Below the pieces are notes generated by a model. It was not told where the DNA came from. It did not search any database and was given only the letters and a program-made list of their open reading frames with translations. A stretch of 64,000 nt of DNA from an uncultured Actinomycetes bacterium (GTDB lineage Bacteria > Actinomycetota > Thermoleophilia > RBG-16-64-13): positions 64,001-128,000 of the forward strand of contig CAWJDT010000005.1 of assembly GCA_963841735.1 (NCBI GenBank), written 5' to 3'. Shown here piece by piece: positions 51,736 through 61,044 of the stretch; the stretch's first letter is position 1; each line of letters begins with the position of its first letter. The translations under genes were made by a program, and so were the position numbers.

Positions 51736-52457
51736 GCCGGCGTCCCTCCCATGTAGCAGGCCTGGACTTCCTGGCTGTTCATGACCTCATGAGGGTCGCC
51801 CTCGCACAGCTTGCGGCCAAACTGGATGACGGTGATGCGATCGACTACGGCCAAAAGGGCATGCACGATGTGCTCTATCCAGACGATGGTGACGCCGGTA
51901 GCCCGGAGCTTCTTGATCTCTTCGATCAACTCCAGGACCTCTGCCTCGGTGAGGCCGCCGGCGATTTCGTCCAAGAGCAGCAGCGCAGGATCGGTGGCAA
52001 GAGCCCGAGCCAGCTCCAACCGTTTGCGGTCGAGCAGCGTGAGAGACCCCGCCAGCACATTCACCTTGTCGTACAGTCCAGTCCGCTCAAGGATGTCCAC
52101 GCAGTGCCCGTAGGACGCACGCTCTCCCATACCCCGTCCGTGCGTGGCGCCCACCAGCACGTTCTCAAATACGGTCATACCGCTGAAGGGCTTCGGTATC
52201 TGAAAGGTTCGACCTATGCCCTGACGACAACGTTCGTGTCGGGAAAGCCCGGTGATGTCCTTGCCCTGGAAGATCACTTGGCCACCGTCAGCATGCACGG
52301 CGCCGCTGATGAGGTTGAACCAAGTGGTCTTGCCCGCACCGTTGGGACCGACAATACCCAGCGCTTCACCCTCTTCGACGCTTATGCTGAGATCGTCGAT
52401 CACCAAGACCCCTCCGAACGACTTTCGGAGGCCCTGGGTCTCAAGCGCTTTCGTCAA
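51732..52457 (-). CDS. ABC ATPase, LivG-like
   Basis: GPNGAGKTT, GIGRTFQ, LELARALA, LLDEIAGGL. Confidence 0.92.
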   Translation of the reverse strand: MTKALETQGLRKSFGGVLVIDDLSISVEEGEALGIVGPNGAGKTTWFNLISGAVHADGGQVIFQGKDITGLSRHERCRQGIGRTFQIPKPFSGMTVFENVLVGATHGRGMGERASYGHCVDILERTGLYDKVNVLAGSLTLLDRKRLELARALATDPALLLLDEIAGGLTEAEVLELIEEIKKLRATGVTIVWIEHIVHALLAVVDRITVIQFGRKLCEGDPHEVMNSQEVQACYMGGTPA

Positions 52458-52528
52458 CTGCGATCACCTCCACACTCTCCCAACCACGCATTCAGTGGAT
52501 CCTGCCGGCCGCGCCGTCTTGCACACGG

Positions 52529-52570
52529 ACCCGGTTGCTGCCCGCGGACTCCCGCGGGCAGCAACCGGGT
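52529..52570. repeat. Perfect 19-bp inverted repeat between the binding-protein and ATPase genes
   Basis: ACCCGGTTGCTGCCCGCGG-ACTC-CCGCGGGCAGCAACCGGGT. Confidence 0.9.
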
Positions 52571-52614
52571 TGACACTACTAGCCTACGCTCCTACTCGTC
52601 GCAACAACCTGACC

Positions 52615-54059
52615 CTACGTCAGTGGCTGCACCGCATCCTGAACCTTGATACTACCGTCCGGCATGCCCGCGTTGCTGCACACCGTCAATTCATAGTCCC
52701 ACTTGGTTCCCTTGCGCCACTGACCACCGACCTGTGGGGTCTTGTAGACGTTCTCGACGATGTGGCACGGACCCACCTTGAAGGGAGGCCCGGCCGGCTC
52801 CACAGGCGCCGTGAAGTCGATGTGACCACCAATGGTATCCAACTTAATGGTCTTGATGGCGGCCAAAATGGCCTCTTTGTCGTCGATGCTCGTGGCCCGC
52901 TTCAGCGTGTCCACCGCCATCTCGAACAGAATGAAGTGAAGCAGGGGCTGTGTCCACTGCCCGCTGGTGCGCTTGGTGAATTCATCCGCAAACTGCTGCG
53001 CCGTCTCGCCACCAAGCAGCCCGGAACTGTACGGGTGGGTCGGCATCCACCAGACTTCGGTGGTCAGACCAGCCCCGATATCTCCCAGAGCCTGAATCGA
53101 CTCGGGAAAGAGGAGCGCCTTGCCGAAGCTTCCCAGTTTGGGCCTCCAGCTCTGCTGGGCCGCCTGCTTCCAGAAGGTGGTGAAGTCTGTGGGCAAGAAC
53201 ACGCCCATGCCGATCTCGCAGCCCTCTGACTTGAACTGGCTGATCTGCGCGGTGAAGTCCTCGCTCTGGTTTTGGAACTGACCGGGTATGATCGCGTTCA
53301 GGTCGGTATTCGCCCAAACAGGATCCCAACCGGGCTTCCAGGCGTTGCCGTCAGCATCGTTGGGGAACATGGCCCCGACTTTGCCATTGTTGGGCACCTG
53401 GCTCCACATGTCCAGGAAGTTGGCCTGCACATCTTCCAGGCCCCAAAAAGTATGGTAGGTCCACTTGAAGACCTTGGTGAGATCTCCCGCGGCACGCCCG
53501 GCAACGTATGCCTGCCAAGGGCAGTCGTTGGTGATACAGGGCGTCCCGTTCGCCTCACACTGGTCGGCCACCGGGTTCACAGTGTCGGGGCTGGACGCCG
53601 AGACCACCAGGTCCACGTTGTCGTTACTGATTAGGTCGCCGGTAACCTGGGCGGCCCGGTTGGAGTCGGACTGACTGTCCCTGGTGATGATCTTGACCGG
53701 GTGCTTGATCCCGTCGACGCCGATGATGCCGTCTCCGATGGCTTCTTCAGCGCGCTCGACACAGTACTGGTCCGGCACACCGAAGGAGGCCAGACGGACC
53801 TGTGATCGGCGTGACGAAACCCGATCTTGATCTCGCGCCCATTTCGACGGCGCTGACGTTCGTGGGCTCGGAGCCCCGTGGTAACAGGACCACCCGTGGT
53901 AACAGGACCGGCCGTGGTGTCTCATCGCCACGCAGGCCGCAACCAGCCGCCCAGGCCGGCGCTCACGCCGATGGTCGCGCCGGCGATGCCGGCGATCTTG
54001 AGGAACTCGCGACGACTGACCTCTTTGCCTCCGAGAAGGCTTTTGTCCTTGTCTTCCAT
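52615..54059 (-). CDS. Tat-exported HAAT-family substrate-binding lipoprotein (frameshifts between about 53800 and 53950)
   Basis: ATG 54059 with AGGAG; SRREFLK twin-arginine motif, hydrophobic stretch and probable lipobox; RDSQSDSNRAA, CPWQ, NDADG, EVWW.P motifs. Confidence 0.85.
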
Positions 54060-54272
54060 GTCTCTCCTGTCCATGTCCGCCCTGCTGCTCCTCTCTCTGG
54101 CTGTGTGCATCGATCCTACCCCTAAGATCTACGAGTCTGCCCGCGACACCTCCTCTGCGACTGGCTCCCAACACCTACGCCTGCAGGTCGGGTCGTGAGT
54201 GACTCGGCACACGCGGCTCATACTAGCAACATGTGCACCCCACTTCTATGCCCGACGCGCGACTACCACCTA

Positions 54273-55070
54273 CTAGTCAACCGGTAGTTTAAAGAACTCC
54301 TTAGGATTCTTGATAGCACACCTGTTCGATGGTGGCCTTGTCGAGGCCGAAAAGCCTCATGGCCAGCACGACTCGCGGGCACCATGAAGTAGTCATTGCC
54401 CTCGCCACCCAGCTCCGAGTTGATGATGATTCTGTCCCGCTTGTCGGGATTATCTACCACGAAGCGGGCTGCAACCTCCGGAGGCATCTTGTCCCAGCAC
54501 ACCGAAAGACCCACCATCCCCCCGGTGCTCATCCGCAGGTCGATGGTGGCCTCGCCGGCGTGATCGAAGACGCACTTCTCCAGAGGAAAACCCTCTTCCT
54601 TGATGATCTGCGACTATCTGAGGAGTCACCGTCGCCCCCTGCGGAGCGAACCGGATGGGCGTGTGCAGGATGACCGGCAGATCGTGGGCCTTCGCGATGC
54701 GCAGGTGCTCGCGGAACAGGTCCTTCTCGTACTCGCTGCCGGTATCCAGCCCTATCTCGCCCATGGCGACCACGCGCTCGTGCTTCAGCAGACTGGGCAG
54801 CACGGCCAGCGCCTTCTCGGTGTCGGACTGTCCCAGCCCGATGAACGGCACCGAAAGCGAAGCGAAGCTCTCGTAGCCCAGCGTCTGGGCGGTCGTCACC
54901 TCCAGGGTGACGAACCGGTCCCAGATGCGAAACAGGGTGTCCACCGGAGGATTGCCCAGGAACATGTGCGGACTCGGCACTACGGCCGCTTCCATGCCCA
55001 TCATCACCAGTTTCTGCAACTGGACGTCCTCGACCATGTCGCTGTGCAGATGCGCGTCGATAAACCGCAT
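54273..55070 (-). CDS. TatD-related metal-dependent TIM-barrel hydrolase, COG1099/EboB-like (frameshifts near 54612 and 54377)
   Basis: IDAHLH, GEIGLD, LPVILHTP, FDH, IINSE; corrected C-terminus YQNPKEFFKLPVD ends at 54273. Confidence 0.8.
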
Positions 55071-55079
55071 TCGCAGCTC

Positions 55080-55917
55080 CTAACCCTTCCAGATGGCGAT
55101 GTCGCCCACATTCAGGTCTTTCGCCGTCACGTCCACCGGGCCGAACTTCTGGGTGAGATAGCCTGGCTTCTCGAGCAACAGCGTGTACACACCGTTCTTG
55201 AGACCGCGCAACCAGAAGTCACCGTAGCTGTCGGTGGTGGCCTTGGCCTTCTCGCCGGTCTCGTCGTTGGTGGCCGTAACGGTCACGCCTTCGGCACATA
55301 GATCGGCTTCCTGGTCGTACACCGCTCCCGCGATGAACTTCTTAGGCAGCCCTATGTAGTACACCCGCGGCTTCACGCGCGCCAGTTCCAGCTTAAGAGG
55401 CTCGGCCTTGAGGATGAGGGCCAGGATCTCGGGGTCATCCTCGTCGCCGAAGGTGAAGGCGCCGGTCGGGCAGGCGTCCACACACCGCGGCTCACTCCAA
55501 CCGTCGTCCAGCAGATGCGCGCAGAACGTGCACTTCTGGGCGATGTTGAGGGCGTCGTTGAAGTAGATGACGTTCTCGTACGGGCAGGCGGCCAGACACA
55601 TCTGGTTGCCGCGGCACTTGTCCGGGATCGATGATCACGATGCCGTCGTCGCGCTTGTAGATGGCGTGCGCGTTGCAGGACGCTATGCAAGGAGCATCGT
55701 CGCAGTGCTGGCAGATGCTGTGCTCATAGGTGACCATGACCTTGGGCACCTGGCCGCGCACGTTGTCGTACACCTTGTTCCAGAACTGGCCGGTGTCGGG
55801 CTGCGGCTTGGCGATGGGCGACCAGTCATTGGCCACGTGCTCGTCCTTGCATGCTACCTGGCAGTTGTAGCAGCCGTTACAGATGTCGTAGTTGATGACC
55901 AGTACTTTGCCCATCAT
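55080..55917 (-). CDS. Transhydroxylase-type Fe-S beta subunit, partner of 55914-58511 (frameshift near 55622)
   Basis: CNGCYNCQVAC, CQHCDDAPC, ACPY, KCTFCAH..PRCVDACP and a C-terminal beta-sandwich TDSYGDFW. Confidence 0.88.
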
Positions 55918-58511
55918 TCACCTCCCATGAGGCAGGCCTCTAGACCGGGACCGGCACAGGGATGGAACGGCCGTTCAAAGGCTTCTGGATACTTGCGCTT
56001 GAGTGCCTCCAAGTCGGTCTTCTCGACTTCCGCCAGGAAGCCACTGACCGCGTGGCCCACGGCGTTCTTGGAGGTGGTGTGCCGCGGGACGATGGTGTTG
56101 ATGGCCCCGCCCCGGTCGATGACTCCGGGCTCGATGGGGTCCCACTTGGCCCCGTGGTCTATGTAGATGACTCCGGGCATGATGCGCTCGGTGACGTACG
56201 CGCCGCCCAGAACGGTGCCCCGCTCGTTGAAGATCGAGACCACGTCACCGTGCTTGATGTCGCGCTTCTCGGCTTCTGAGGGATGCAACCACACGGGCTG
56301 GTACATGTACCCGTCGGGGCCGGTGATCTTGCAGGTGGCGATCTCGCGCAACCAGGTGACGTCCTCGTGTTGCGAGTGGACGCTCCACCGCGGATGATTG
56401 GAGCACACCAGCATCGTGTACTTCTTGGACCGCTCGGTGCCGATCGTCTCTTCGTGGCTGATGCCTTGGGCTATCCACTTGGGCACCGCGGGCCGTTCCA
56501 GGTCGTTGGGGAAGTTCTTCTTGAGACCGGTGGACTCGAACTCCAGCAACCCGGTAGGCGTGGTCAGGGGATTCGCCTTTGGATCCTCGTAGAACCGCTG
56601 GAAGCCGGCCGGTTCGTTCTCCCAACCATCGGCGGTGGGGATCACGAGGTAGCCCTTCTCGTTGAGCTCTTCCCAGCTGATGAGGTCCGCGCAGCGGGAA
56701 GTCTCCCAGCCGTACTTGATGAGCTCGGGGATGGATTTGCCGTGCGTGTACTCCTCCAACAGACCAAGCTTGTCGGCCAGCTTGCAGACGATCTCGTAGT
56801 CGCTGAACGACTCACCCAGAGGCTCGATGCACTTGTGCTCGGGGAAGAGCAGGTTGTACTGGCCGCTGAAGATGTCGGCGGCGATGTCGTCTTCCTCGAG
56901 CTTGGTGTTCACCGGCAGGATGATATCGGCCAGCAGCGTGTCGTTCTCCAGCCACGGATGCTGGGCCCACATGAACTCGATGTCGGGATGCTGCATGGCC
57001 CGCACATAGTCGTTGCCGGCGTTCCAGCAGGTGATCCACGACGGCGAGTCGGTCCAGACCGCGTGGATCTTGGAGCAACCCTCTGCCGGATAGGAGCGGT
57101 GGACAAACTGGTCTTCACGCGGAGCGGTCTCCGATTCGCAACCCCACCAGTCGCACTTGCCCTCCAGGATGGCCTTGGGCACGAACGTCTTGGGTAGCGA
57201 AGGATGGTTGAGGTCCGACGGGTGCCCGCCCGTGTAGGCCGTGCGCAGGTTGGGCACGCGGAACGACTTGGGCTGAGCGTACTGATCGGGGAAGTCGAAG
57301 AGGCCCCACTCGATCATCTTGACCTGGTTGATGCCCGGTTTCCCCAGGCCTTGCATGGCCAAGCAGATATTCTGTAGCCGAGCGGCCTCGGTTGCGTATG
57401 GGCCGCGGATGCCGGGGCCCCCGTTGCCTATAACCACGCTGGTGCGCTTGGACGCCCACTCTTTCGCGAGGGCCTTTATGACCCGAGCCGACACCCCGCA
57501 GATGGGAGAAGCCCATTCCGGGGACTTGGGCACGCCGTCTTCGTCACCGACCACGTAGGCCTCGTAGGCCTCCACCCCTACCGCGTGGCTCTTGAGATAT
57601 TCCTTGTCATAGGTGCCGTCCTTGAACCACACGTACGTGATGGCCAGATATAGCGCTGCATCGGTGTTGGGAAGCACGGGGATCCAGCGGTCGCCGTGCA
57701 CCGCTGCCGCGTAGTTGACATCCGGGCACACATAGATCTGCTTGATGCCGAGTTCGGTGTACCAGTAGGAGAGCCGGCTGGGCAACTGACCCTGCCAGCC
57801 CCACGGGGTAGTCTCCTGATCGCATCCCCAGAACAGCAGCAGTTCGCAGTTCTTGGCCACATCGTAGAGCAGGTTGCTCTGCTTGCCCTGGCCTACCGGT
57901 TCGCAACCCCAGAAGTGCTTGCTGCCCCACCACCAGCCTTCCCAGCTGTCTGGCTGCCTGATCTGGAGGGTATAGCCGCCCCATAGCGGCAGCAGCTTGC
58001 GGCCGGCGCCGTGACAGGCCTGTACCACCTTGTTCTCACCGTGTTGGTCGCACTGATAGAGAAGGGCCGTAGGGCCGTACTTCTCCTTGATGCGGTCCAT
58101 CTCGCTGACGATGGTGTCGAGCGCCTCATCCCAGGAGATGCGGACATATTTGCTCTTGCCGCGGTTCTGTGGATTGCGCTCGCCGTTGGGATCCCAGTCG
58201 ACCCTCTTCATGGGGTAACGGATGCGGGCCGGCGAATAGACCCTCTTCTTATACGCGATGGAGTACGGTGGGATGAGGGTCTTCATGCTGGGCTCGAAGG
58301 TGCTCCCCCGGACTACCATCTTCCAGGGGTTCATGTGCTTCACGGGATCGTACTTCCAGTCGTAGTGCATCGGGCGGATACGGATGATCTTGCCATCCTT
58401 GACATCCACCATCGACGCGTTCGAGCCGTTTTCAGGAACCCCGCAGAAGCTGATGTCCCGCACCAGCGTCTTCTCACCCGACTTACCCTTCGGGGCTCGG
58501 TCCTCAGCCAT
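55914..58511 (-). CDS. DMSO-reductase-family molybdoenzyme, divergent pyrogallol-transhydroxylase-like alpha subunit
   Basis: ATG 58511 with AAGGAGG; VKDGKIIRIRP, YPMKRVDWDPNGERNPQNRG, PDSWEGW (Ser Mo ligand), HPRWSVHSQ, DRGGAINT; no Tat signal or N-terminal Fe-S motif. Confidence 0.9.
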   Translation of the reverse strand: MAEDRAPKGKSGEKTLVRDISFCGVPENGSNASMVDVKDGKIIRIRPMHYDWKYDPVKHMNPWKMVVRGSTFEPSMKTLIPPYSIAYKKRVYSPARIRYPMKRVDWDPNGERNPQNRGKSKYVRISWDEALDTIVSEMDRIKEKYGPTALLYQCDQHGENKVVQACHGAGRKLLPLWGGYTLQIRQPDSWEGWWWGSKHFWGCEPVGQGKQSNLLYDVAKNCELLLFWGCDQETTPWGWQGQLPSRLSYWYTELGIKQIYVCPDVNYAAAVHGDRWIPVLPNTDAALYLAITYVWFKDGTYDKEYLKSHAVGVEAYEAYVVGDEDGVPKSPEWASPICGVSARVIKALAKEWASKRTSVVIGNGGPGIRGPYATEAARLQNICLAMQGLGKPGINQVKMIEWGLFDFPDQYAQPKSFRVPNLRTAYTGGHPSDLNHPSLPKTFVPKAILEGKCDWWGCESETAPREDQFVHRSYPAEGCSKIHAVWTDSPSWITCWNAGNDYVRAMQHPDIEFMWAQHPWLENDTLLADIILPVNTKLEEDDIAADIFSGQYNLLFPEHKCIEPLGESFSDYEIVCKLADKLGLLEEYTHGKSIPELIKYGWETSRCADLISWEELNEKGYLVIPTADGWENEPAGFQRFYEDPKANPLTTPTGLLEFESTGLKKNFPNDLERPAVPKWIAQGISHEETIGTERSKKYTMLVCSNHPRWSVHSQHEDVTWLREIATCKITGPDGYMYQPVWLHPSEAEKRDIKHGDVVSIFNERGTVLGGAYVTERIMPGVIYIDHGAKWDPIEPGVIDRGGAINTIVPRHTTSKNAVGHAVSGFLAEVEKTDLEALKRKYPEAFERPFHPCAGPGLEACLMGGE

Positions 58512-58535
58512 CCTGCCTCCTTCGCGCTCTGCCGA

Positions 58536-58564
58536 TATTCCGTGGTACGGAATAGCTATTCCGT
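58536..58564. promoter_or_regulatory. Tripartite operator, probably bound by IclR
   Basis: TATTCCGT-GGT-ACGGAATA-GC-TATTCCGT: three exact 8-bp half-sites forming two overlapping palindromes. Confidence 0.72.
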
Positions 58565-58634
58565 TAGCCCTATAGCCCACACTATCCCACCACCCCGATC
58601 ACGCGTCAACCGTCAGCAAGCTATCGGCGACCTC

Positions 58635-59453
58635 CTAGCGACCCCTTTCCCCCAGGTACTTCGTAAGTTCGGCCGCCGCGCTCCTCAACGCCTCCGCCTT
58701 TTGCTTCCTCACCCGCGGGCCGAAGCGTTCGGCGGGAGCTACCACGGTGACCACGCCCTTCAAACTGCCGTCTCGCTCGAACACAGGCGCCGATACGGCG
58801 CACACTCCCCTGTCCTGCTCTTCAACATCCCAGGCCAGTCCCTCTTGTCGCTCGGCGGCCATGCGAAGGATGACCTCTTCGGGATCGGCTACCTGGTTTG
58901 ACGTTGGCGCGTGCTGGGCCGAGCGCACGATCTTCATTTGTTCGGAGACAGGTCTGAAGGCCGTGTGTAGGCGGAAGGACGAGTTGGATATGCTGCTCAG
59001 CATGCGGCCGGTAGGACGATTCAGCCGGAACGGGTGAGCGGTGGCGACCTCGTCGACCACGACGGCGCCTTCGGCACTGCCCACAGTGAACTCCACGGTC
59101 TCACCAGTAGTCTCGGCCAATCGCTCGAGGAACGGGTGTACGGGGCGGACGAAACCTACATAGGACATGGCGAGATAGGCTCCCGGGATAGTCGCTCCAC
59201 CCAGGTGGTACCGCTCGACGCCGGGATCGTAAACCAGATAGTTCCTGGCCTCAAGAGTCCTTACCATGCGATACACCGTGGTCTTGGACATGCCCGTACA
59301 TTCGCAGATCTCGTTCAGACCCCACTCGGGGTGTTCAATGTCGAACAAAGCCAGGATGGTGAGTCCGCGCGAAAGAGCCCGGACGAAGAACTCACTGTCT
59401 TCGTCCGCCAGTCCTTCGACAGATAACCTTTGCCGCCCTCCGGCCCTTGCCAT
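58635..59453 (-). CDS. IclR-family regulator
   Basis: VRALSRGLTILALF, GMSKTTVYRMVRTL, LAETTGETV, GVCAVSAPVF. Confidence 0.92.
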   Translation of the reverse strand: MARAGGRQRLSVEGLADEDSEFFVRALSRGLTILALFDIEHPEWGLNEICECTGMSKTTVYRMVRTLEARNYLVYDPGVERYHLGGATIPGAYLAMSYVGFVRPVHPFLERLAETTGETVEFTVGSAEGAVVVDEVATAHPFRLNRPTGRMLSSISNSSFRLHTAFRPVSEQMKIVRSAQHAPTSNQVADPEEVILRMAAERQEGLAWDVEEQDRGVCAVSAPVFERDGSLKGVVTVVAPAERFGPRVRKQKAEALRSAAAELTKYLGERGR

Positions 59454-59498
59454 CTGCTCTCCCCGATCGGTCAGCCGGATGCGGTCTTCAGCGAAAAG

Positions 59499-60338
59499 CT
59501 AGGCCTTTTCGAGAACGACAAGGCCAAGATTCAGGCTTTTGTCCAGCTTCGCCTTGCCCGAATAGGGCTCATATCCGTCTGCTTCGATGACGACCTCGTA
59601 CTCGTTGCCCGGCTCCAGCCGGTCCACCGCAAACTCGCCGTAGTTGTTCACCACTGCTTCGCCCACCCTGGTCCCGCCGGCGCTCACCGTCACCTTGGCG
59701 CCGTCGGCGCATTCGTCGGTGTCCTTGAAGACAACGCTGGCAGAAACAAAAGCCTTGTCCCAGCGGTAAAGATTCTTGTACAAAACACGAGGCCTGGTGC
59801 CTAGTTCGGGCTTGTAGGCCTCCAGGCCCTCAGTGGCCACCCGCTCCGCCATCTCGACGTCGTCGGCCAGGACGAATGTCAGGGCTCCGGTAGGACACAC
59901 CTGTGAGCACCGAGTCTCTGCCCAACCATCGTCGAGCAGATGCGCGCAGCCCGTGCATTTCTGAGCGACTTGGGCTTGCTCGTTCCAGTAGATGGCGCCG
60001 TACGGACAGGTGTCGACGATCTCGGGATAGCCTTTGGCCTTCACCGGATCGATGATCACCAAGCCGTCTTCCCGCTTGTAGACCGCGCCGCTGGGCGATT
60101 CCTTGATACAGGGAGCGTCATCGCAATGCATGCAGGGCATCGGCAGATAGGCCACCTGCACAATCGGGTATTGCCCCCGCTCCTTGCGCTCGATGTTCAG
60201 CCAGCGGTGACCAGACCAAGGCTGGGCCACCGAGTAGGGAAGGAAATCGTTCTCGACGAACTCATCCTTGTCTGCCAAAAAACAGTCGTTGCAGTCGTGA
60301 CACAGGGCCACATCGACCACCAGATTCCACTTCTTCAT
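59499..60338 (-). CDS. Orphan transhydroxylase-type Fe-S beta subunit (BthL-like)
   Basis: CHDCNDCFLADKDE, ERKERGQYP, CMHCDDAPC, TCPYG, KCTGCAH, RCSQVCP, NNYGEF. Confidence 0.9.
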   Translation of the reverse strand: MKKWNLVVDVALCHDCNDCFLADKDEFVENDFLPYSVAQPWSGHRWLNIERKERGQYPIVQVAYLPMPCMHCDDAPCIKESPSGAVYKREDGLVIIDPVKAKGYPEIVDTCPYGAIYWNEQAQVAQKCTGCAHLLDDGWAETRCSQVCPTGALTFVLADDVEMAERVATEGLEAYKPELGTRPRVLYKNLYRWDKAFVSASVVFKDTDECADGAKVTVSAGGTRVGEAVVNNYGEFAVDRLEPGNEYEVVIEADGYEPYSGKAKLDKSLNLGLVVLEKA

Positions 60339-60383
60339 TTGGTCTCTCCCTCCCTTTTGTCGGGCGCCATGATGCTAACACTT

Positions 60384-60941
60384 CTAGCCGAGCGCCAAAG
60401 CCTTGCCCGCCTCATACGCGCGGATCAGGAGGTCCCTGTTGCGTTCTGCGCTCTCCGGGTCGTTTGCGTCGGTGCAGACGATGTTCTCCATCAGCTCGAA
60501 GCCCAGCGACGGGAACATTGCCGCGGTGTACTCGAAATAGGAGTCGAACAGGTGTGGATCGTCCATGCCTTGCGAGTACACGGTGACGATTTTCTTCGTC
60601 CCAAAGCGCGGCCTGGCCTGCGCATCCATCAACGGTAGGAAGCGGTCATATAGATTCTTGACAGGCCCGGTCATCTGCATCATGTAGATAGGCGAGCCGA
60701 TCACAACAGCATCGGCGGTCTTCACTTTCTGCAAGGCCTGGTTCAGCTCATCTTGAATGGCACACGCTTCCTTGGCCCGGCAGGCAAAACAGCTTTGGCA
60801 GGCCATGAACTTCATCTTGAAGAGCGTGTAGAAGTGGACCTCGGCTCCGTTGTCACGAGCGCCTTTGGCGATGTGGTTCAGTAGCGTGGAGGTGTTCCCG
60901 TCCATGCGGGGGCTTCCGTTGAAAATGACGATCTCTTTCAA
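60384..60941 (-). CDS. Iron-sulfur flavoprotein (Isf/NADPH-dependent FMN reductase family)
   Basis: GSPRMDGNT, CQSCFAC-x5-C, GSPIY, DR motif. Confidence 0.9.
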   Translation of the reverse strand: MKEIVIFNGSPRMDGNTSTLLNHIAKGARDNGAEVHFYTLFKMKFMACQSCFACRAKEACAIQDELNQALQKVKTADAVVIGSPIYMMQMTGPVKNLYDRFLPLMDAQARPRFGTKKIVTVYSQGMDDPHLFDSYFEYTAAMFPSLGFELMENIVCTDANDPESAERNRDLLIRAYEAGKALALG

Positions 60942-60986
60942 TTATCTGCTTTCCTTCCAGGCATCCGCGAACCCGAACGCGAAAAC

Positions 60987-61019
60987 AAGGGAGGGCTTCG
61001 ATATTCAAAGCCCTCCCTT
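60987..61019 (-). terminator. Hairpin/terminator after the bthL-like gene
   Basis: AAGGGAGGGCTT-N9-AAGCCCTCCCTT followed by GTTTT on the minus strand. Confidence 0.72.
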
Positions 61020-61044
61020 CGTCGTCACGTCCCGATGAACGATG

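Noticed and set aside
53872-53920. 18-bp tandem repeat containing GGTAACAGGACC
   Set aside because: Encodes the Thr/Gly/Pro linker of the binding lipoprotein; ordinary low-complexity linker.
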